Assembly (NCBI GenBank): GCA_973895155.1
Contig: OZ316899.1
Span: 2,997,455 to 3,061,454 of the forward strand
Length of the DNA stretch: 64,000 nt
DNA from: Marsupella aquatica
Lineage: Eukaryota; Plantae; Marchantiophyta
Direction of reading: 5' to 3'
Part shown: one piece after another, positions 58,977 to 64,000 of the stretch
How the letters are laid out: the number at the start of each line of letters is the position of its first letter
Position numbering within the stretch: the first letter of the stretch is position 1
Program-made: the position numbers and the translations under genes
Notes under the pieces: generated by a model
What the model saw: only the letters and a program-made list of their open reading frames with translations
What the model was told of the DNA's origin: nothing
The model's database searches: none

Positions 58977-61900
58977 TGTGATGCCTAGACAGGAATCACT
59001 CGGCCAGTTAAGTGGGTAAAGCAGGAAGGCACCCTAGGAACACCTTAGTATAGGGACAAAACAAGGAAAATATAAACAATTAGGGGCAACCATGGAACCC
59101 GGGCCGAGGCCGGAGGTAAGGACGCTGAGGGTGAAAACTCGATTAGGGTTAGGGCGCGTTAAGCGTCGGCGGCTAGGAAGGATCAACGGGAAGAAGGACC
59201 GGCAAAGGAGAGGGGTAAGGAGCGCTTGCAGGAGATGGTGGCTCATTTGCGAGCACGAACTAGGCAGACGACTACGGGAGGCCAACTACTGTCAGCTGCT
59301 TAGGCAAGCACTCGGGGAGAGAGTAGATACCGATGATCAACCTAAGGAGGGTATGAGCAACGTCAATCAAGCGGCACATTTCTGGGGATGCCTGTTCGAA
59401 CGGGCAACTGAGTACATCAAGACTTACGAGGACGAGGAATCAGAAAGAGCAGCTCGAGAACGGCAGGAGCTCGCTCGATTGTGGGAGCTGCAGAAGACAG
59501 CTTTCTTAGGAGGCGAACTCATCAAGGACGAGTTCCTGTGGACGCCTACTTCCAATCAACTCGACGATCTTCTGTTTTGCAAAGACAGCGTCGTCGGCAT
59601 CCGAGAGGCCATCAAGAACTGCAACGACATACACTGGGAATTAAAGGGTAGCACGGAAAGGTGGACCCAGGCAACGGTGCTAGGAGAAACCTCCACGGCA
59701 GCAGAGATGAAGAGGAAGGGAGCCGTCAACGATGAAGCCACCCCGGCAAAAAGAACGAGGTCGGCGGCACCAAAGAAGCCAGCCGAGCAGCAGAGCAGGA
59801 GGCAGGGAGAAGCCGAAGAGGAGGAGGTCGATCCCATCAAGGCCATTCCAACCAGGGATGACACCTGGAAGGGCTGGGCGGCAACCCTACCGGTGGAGGT
59901 GCAACTACATTTTGCACGGGAGGAGGATGCATGCTTTACGGCCATGCAGACCAAGAAGTACCAAGGCTTCATGGCCGGATCCGGCTTAGAGGCCTTTGTA
60001 AGATTACCATGGCTGAAGCTGGAGGTACCGGAGTCAGACCTATTAGAATTCGTGGGGTCATGGGAACCCGAGACCAATTGCACGAGGATATATGGGAAGG
60101 ATTTCTATCTTACTCCCAAGGTAATTGCCGAAGTGTTTGGCTTGCCGATAGGCAATAAGACCAAAGTTGATACCAGGAAGACCTTGCCTGACAAGGAGTT
60201 CCGGTCGTTCCCCGGGCCATCAACGAAGAATGGCTTCTTCTGGAACACCTGCACCAACCCGCACATAGGAGAGATGATCGACTTCTTGCGGGTGACCATG
60301 CATTGTAACTTGCCGAGGGCAGAGATCGGCAAAGCACAGGTCTATCTGGCAGAAAGGCCAGACCCAAGCCGGGACTACAACGGGTACCTCCTCAACCAAT
60401 TGAAGAAGATCTTAAAGGAGGAGCAGCAGGTAATCGGCATGGGGAGCGTATCGCGGCTTGGCTATCACATGCCGCTGTTGTGCCGGTATGCCAGAGGTCA
60501 GACTTTTGCCCCAGTACTTCCCCTGCAGGTAAGGGCACCCGAGGAAGCTCCAACGCCGAGGCTGTTGGCTGAGAAGCCTCAACCACTTGTTAGCCCTACG
60601 ATCGAGCAGGTGTTTAGGCCCAGGAAGGAGGACTTGTCGATGCAGCAACCAGGCATGCAGAGTCTGCTGAAACTACTGGAGAAAGAAAAGAAATCGGCAT
60701 CGGCAACAACAATGGCAACGGCAACAATGCAGGACACTACTACAGAGGTAGGCCTACACCGGCTCACAAGAGAAAACCCCTTTGCTGGAGACAAGGAGAG
60801 AATCAGGCCGGAATCCAAGCCAGGTGTTCGAATGTATGTGGGAATCTCAAGCTCCGAATCTGAGGCAGAATTGCCTGAAGCTCCTACCGACGAAGAGGAG
60901 AGGAAGAAGCCGGACGTCCAAGAAGTAGAGGAGGCAGTGGAGGACTGCAGCCATGATAATTCCGGCTATGGGTCGGACCATCATGTTCCAGGAGTAAGGA
61001 CCTGTGGCCGGTTTGTCCCCACACTTCCAAGGGTAGTGCGAGGGGACCCCAACCAGCAGAGTAGCCCTGAGTCTCCCCCACCAGATGTTGCTCCCCGAGC
61101 TTTGACGGCATAAAACAGACGGTGCAGGAATTTCAGGAGCGAATCAGGCAGGAAGAGGAGGCAGCCCTGGCTAGGGAAAAGGATTTACCAGGAGGAGATT
61201 GGCCGGAGGACATCAGGCGGCTAGCCGAAAAAGGAAGCATACCTCTAGCCACGATTGAAGAGATCCGCAGGACGGCTTGGGAGCAGAGGCCGCGATGGGC
61301 GATGCCGATCACTTCTACTTACTCCACCTACGCTAAGAATAGAGCCATGGAGTATGGTGAGATGTGTGGGGAACTTGCGCTCGGCATCTTTGGAGAGGAG
61401 TTGGAGGTAGGACCCTTTTTCCATAGGGAGCAGTTGGAGAAGCACCAATTAGAAGAAGCGGTGGCTTTAGAGAGAAGCAAGAAGGACGAGGTCATTCGGT
61501 GGCTTAGGAGGATGGAAGCCGAGATTGAAGATCTAAGGGCGGCCAAGAAAGCCCAAGATGAACTGTGGATTAAACGGCATGAGCTGAACATCATGCAGGG
61601 GCAGTTGGACACCGCGCAGGCTGATAATCAGAATATCAAGGAAAAACTGACTCAGACGCAGGGAGAGTTGGCCGACACGATCAAAGAGAGGGAGAAGTGG
61701 AAGCAAGAGCTGAAGAATACAGAGGAGGCCCACATAACAGCCAACAGCCGGGCCATGGCGGAGACCCAAAGAAAGGAATGGGCGTTGAAGGGGGAGCTCG
61801 AGAAAATCTGCGGAGCCCTTGAGCAGAAGGAGGCCGAGTTAGGGAAATCCTATCAAGGGATTATGGCGCTGCAGCAGGAGCTTGCGTCCCTGACGGCCAG

Positions 61901-63632
61901 CTTCAAGGCCGACCTAAGGGAGAAGGACGAGATGCTCGAACAGACTTACGCCAAGATGAACCAGATGGAGTCTGTCATCATTGCAGAGCTCGACAAGGAG
62001 CTAAGAGCAACCCGGGAGGAGAGGACTACCTTGAAACAAGAACGGGAGGAAGCCCAGAAGGAACTAGAGGAGGCACGCAAGGACCTGGATGAGACCCAGG
62101 AGGAGTTGGAGGAAATCACGAGGAAGATGGAGAACCTCCAGCGGCGGGCCGACAACCAAACGGAGCGGCTGAAGAAACAAGCCGCAGTATTTAAGTGCTT
62201 GTCTTCATCAGGCCCAACTCCAATTGGGGCAACCAAGTTACCAGGAGTGGTACTGGCCGAAGAAAAAGCCGCGCCACCTGCACCAGTGCCGGAAGTAAGT
62301 GGGAAGGGGAAGGGACCAGCTGCCGAACCAGAAAAGAAGAAAAAGCGGAAACCTTCAGGGTCAAGGAGTAATCCGACTCCACAAGCCGTGGTGACCAAGG
62401 AGGTAGAACCAGCACCATCCTCCGGCATGAATACGGCAATAGATCCCGCTATCATCACAGGTGGGGGTGGTGCGGCCCAAGCCGAACTACTCAGTAATGA
62501 GGCCGGTATTCCAGATCCGCCTCTTGAGCAGGCCGGGGAGACCGTAGCCGAGGCTGAGGCCGTAACCGATTCCCGAGCCGACGCCGATGGTGGACCCAGT
62601 CAGGCCGATGGAGAGTTGACTCAGTCAAGGGCAGGTAATCTGTCAGAAAATGAACCTATGGCAGTGGCTGAGGAGGAAGCGTTGGGGGCGTCCATTAAGG
62701 ATCCACCATCGGTGTCGTGACGGTGCAAGGGCGCCGTTCCTTTTAGGGAGGGCGGACGTGGAGGGAGGAGGCGTGAGTGGGCAGGGCGGGCGCTGATCTC
62801 CAAGTTTAAGATTAGGATCAAGACCAGGAGCGGCCCTGACACTTAGCTTAGTGGGATTGCGGTCCCACTGGTAGGAGCAACACTTGTGCTCCTGCCTTGC
62901 TGTACATAGGTAGATTCGGGCAAGTAGATTACTATTAAGTAGATTAGGCTTACGATGCAAAGAATGGCGGATCCACTACTAGGATAAGTACCTGGGCAGC
63001 GGGGAGCTCAGGGCCTCTTCTTTAGCAAGTTTTTAGTTTGCACCAGCCGGGCTGGGATCAAGTAGTACGAGAAGCTCTCGGTTAGTCATACAGTGACCCT
63101 TGTGTATATTCATGTTTCTTCATGCCTAAGAGCTGAATAGAGTTGGCCTCACGGCTTAGTTCGTAGAGCTTGTGTATGAGATATACTGTTTGTATGGCAA
63201 GTGCATGGTATGACTCAGTCAGAATGAGTCATTTTGCTATTTGTGTGTCGCATTAACTTGTGTGAAGAGTGCCCACATCAACCAAAAGGAAGGAAAGTAA
63301 GCAGGGGAGTGAGAGTTGGATGTGTCGAGCTGAGAGAGGTCTTAGCGGCTTAACCAAGCCTATTGGGGATCATTCCGGCGGCGGAATCCAAACATACCTA
63401 ACAAGACGGAGGGGAAGACAGGGGAAGGCCTAGATTAGGCCGGCTACGTATCTCATGACCCGATGAAGGATCTGTCCAGTATATGTGTGTAAAATGTTAA
63501 TAGTAGTAGTAGAAGGTTAGCAGCGTCCCATGCCGCTAAGCTGCGGAAACAGCCTCGCCAAGCGCGAAACCTGCGGGAATCGGCTTGAGCTGGGGGGTTT
63601 CTTGGGTTTAGGGAGCCATGGGACGCACCACA
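58977..63632 (+). mobile_element. Unit B: 4656-bp solo-LTR-like element, same family as A, no TSD
   Basis: Same termini as A (TGTGATGCCTAG...GGGACGCACCACA) and colinear with it; flanks CCAAG and CATCA differ. Confidence 0.88.
59092..62720 (+). pseudogene. LTR-borne accessory ORF of B (~1209 codons, one 1-bp deletion near 61095)
   Basis: The 673-aa and 532-aa ORFs join if one base is restored (A gctcccccaagc versus B gctccccgagc); no stops otherwise. Confidence 0.88.
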
Positions 63633-64000
63633 CATCATCATTTTTTGAAGGCAAATCCCTTACAGAGAAAGACAGGCACTGATTGCACACTTTGGCAATG
63701 AGATTGAGCAACGTGGACCCCCAGCACGAGTGACCAAAGAGGAGATCAGGCAGTGGGGAGCATTGAGGGATGACTATATCAAACAAGGGGGCAGGGAAGA
63801 TGGAGTGAGTGATCCAATAAAGCGATATGGTGTAAAAAGACTGAGCATATTGGACTTGGAGCTCAAGTATTCGAGGGTAGCCTCTTGGAGTTGATGCTAA
63901 TTGGGATACATGTTTTGGTTCAGAGCATGTGCATTCATTTTGAAGAGAGAGACTAAACTTGAGGCATTTGCTGACGCTTTTGCATTGCAACGGTGCAGGA

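Noticed and set aside
63633-63660. T-run after B as a PBS
   Set aside because: TTTTTTGAAGGC lacks the TGG tRNA-complementary core seen after the H and E LTRs.
63517-63990. 157-aa minus-strand ORF
   Set aside because: It spans the B junction, has no recognisable motif and its frame does not join the G ORF; the same applies to the 72-aa ORF at 5126-5344.

Overview
This is a eukaryotic window, almost certainly plant, made entirely of nested transposable elements; no host gene, rRNA, tRNA or CRISPR array is supported. A non-seed plant is inferred from the spliceosomal introns, the tRNA-iMet PBS and the style of the Gypsy ORFs. Boundaries were rebuilt by eye from termini and target-site duplications (TSDs). 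Three Ty3/Gypsy gag-pol regions are present: H (7763-37909, complete, 1.87-kb LTRs, TSD ATAAC), E (candidate ~4.3-kb 5' LTR, PBS, gag-pol 42176-46985) and I (chromovirus-like, ~46986-53100). Four related ~4.6-4.7-kb units (A, B, C and partial D) have TGTGATGCC...CCACA ends; A and C have 5-bp TSDs. They look like solo LTRs, yet each carries a ~1200-codon ORF inside it. A 12-kb TIR DNA transposon (23173-35150, 4-bp TSD ATCA) encodes a spliced Sola2-like DDD transposase, antisense cargo ORFs (RING-H2, a PMD-like domain, an OB-fold/Zn-like ORF) and internal tandem arrays. Best candidate novel system: related accessory proteins shared between LTR retrotransposons and a DNA transposon, often encoded inside the LTR, alongside family-specific short DNA motifs. 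This is reminiscent of VANC-type anti-silencing. Domain names and function are inference and need profile searches and experiments.
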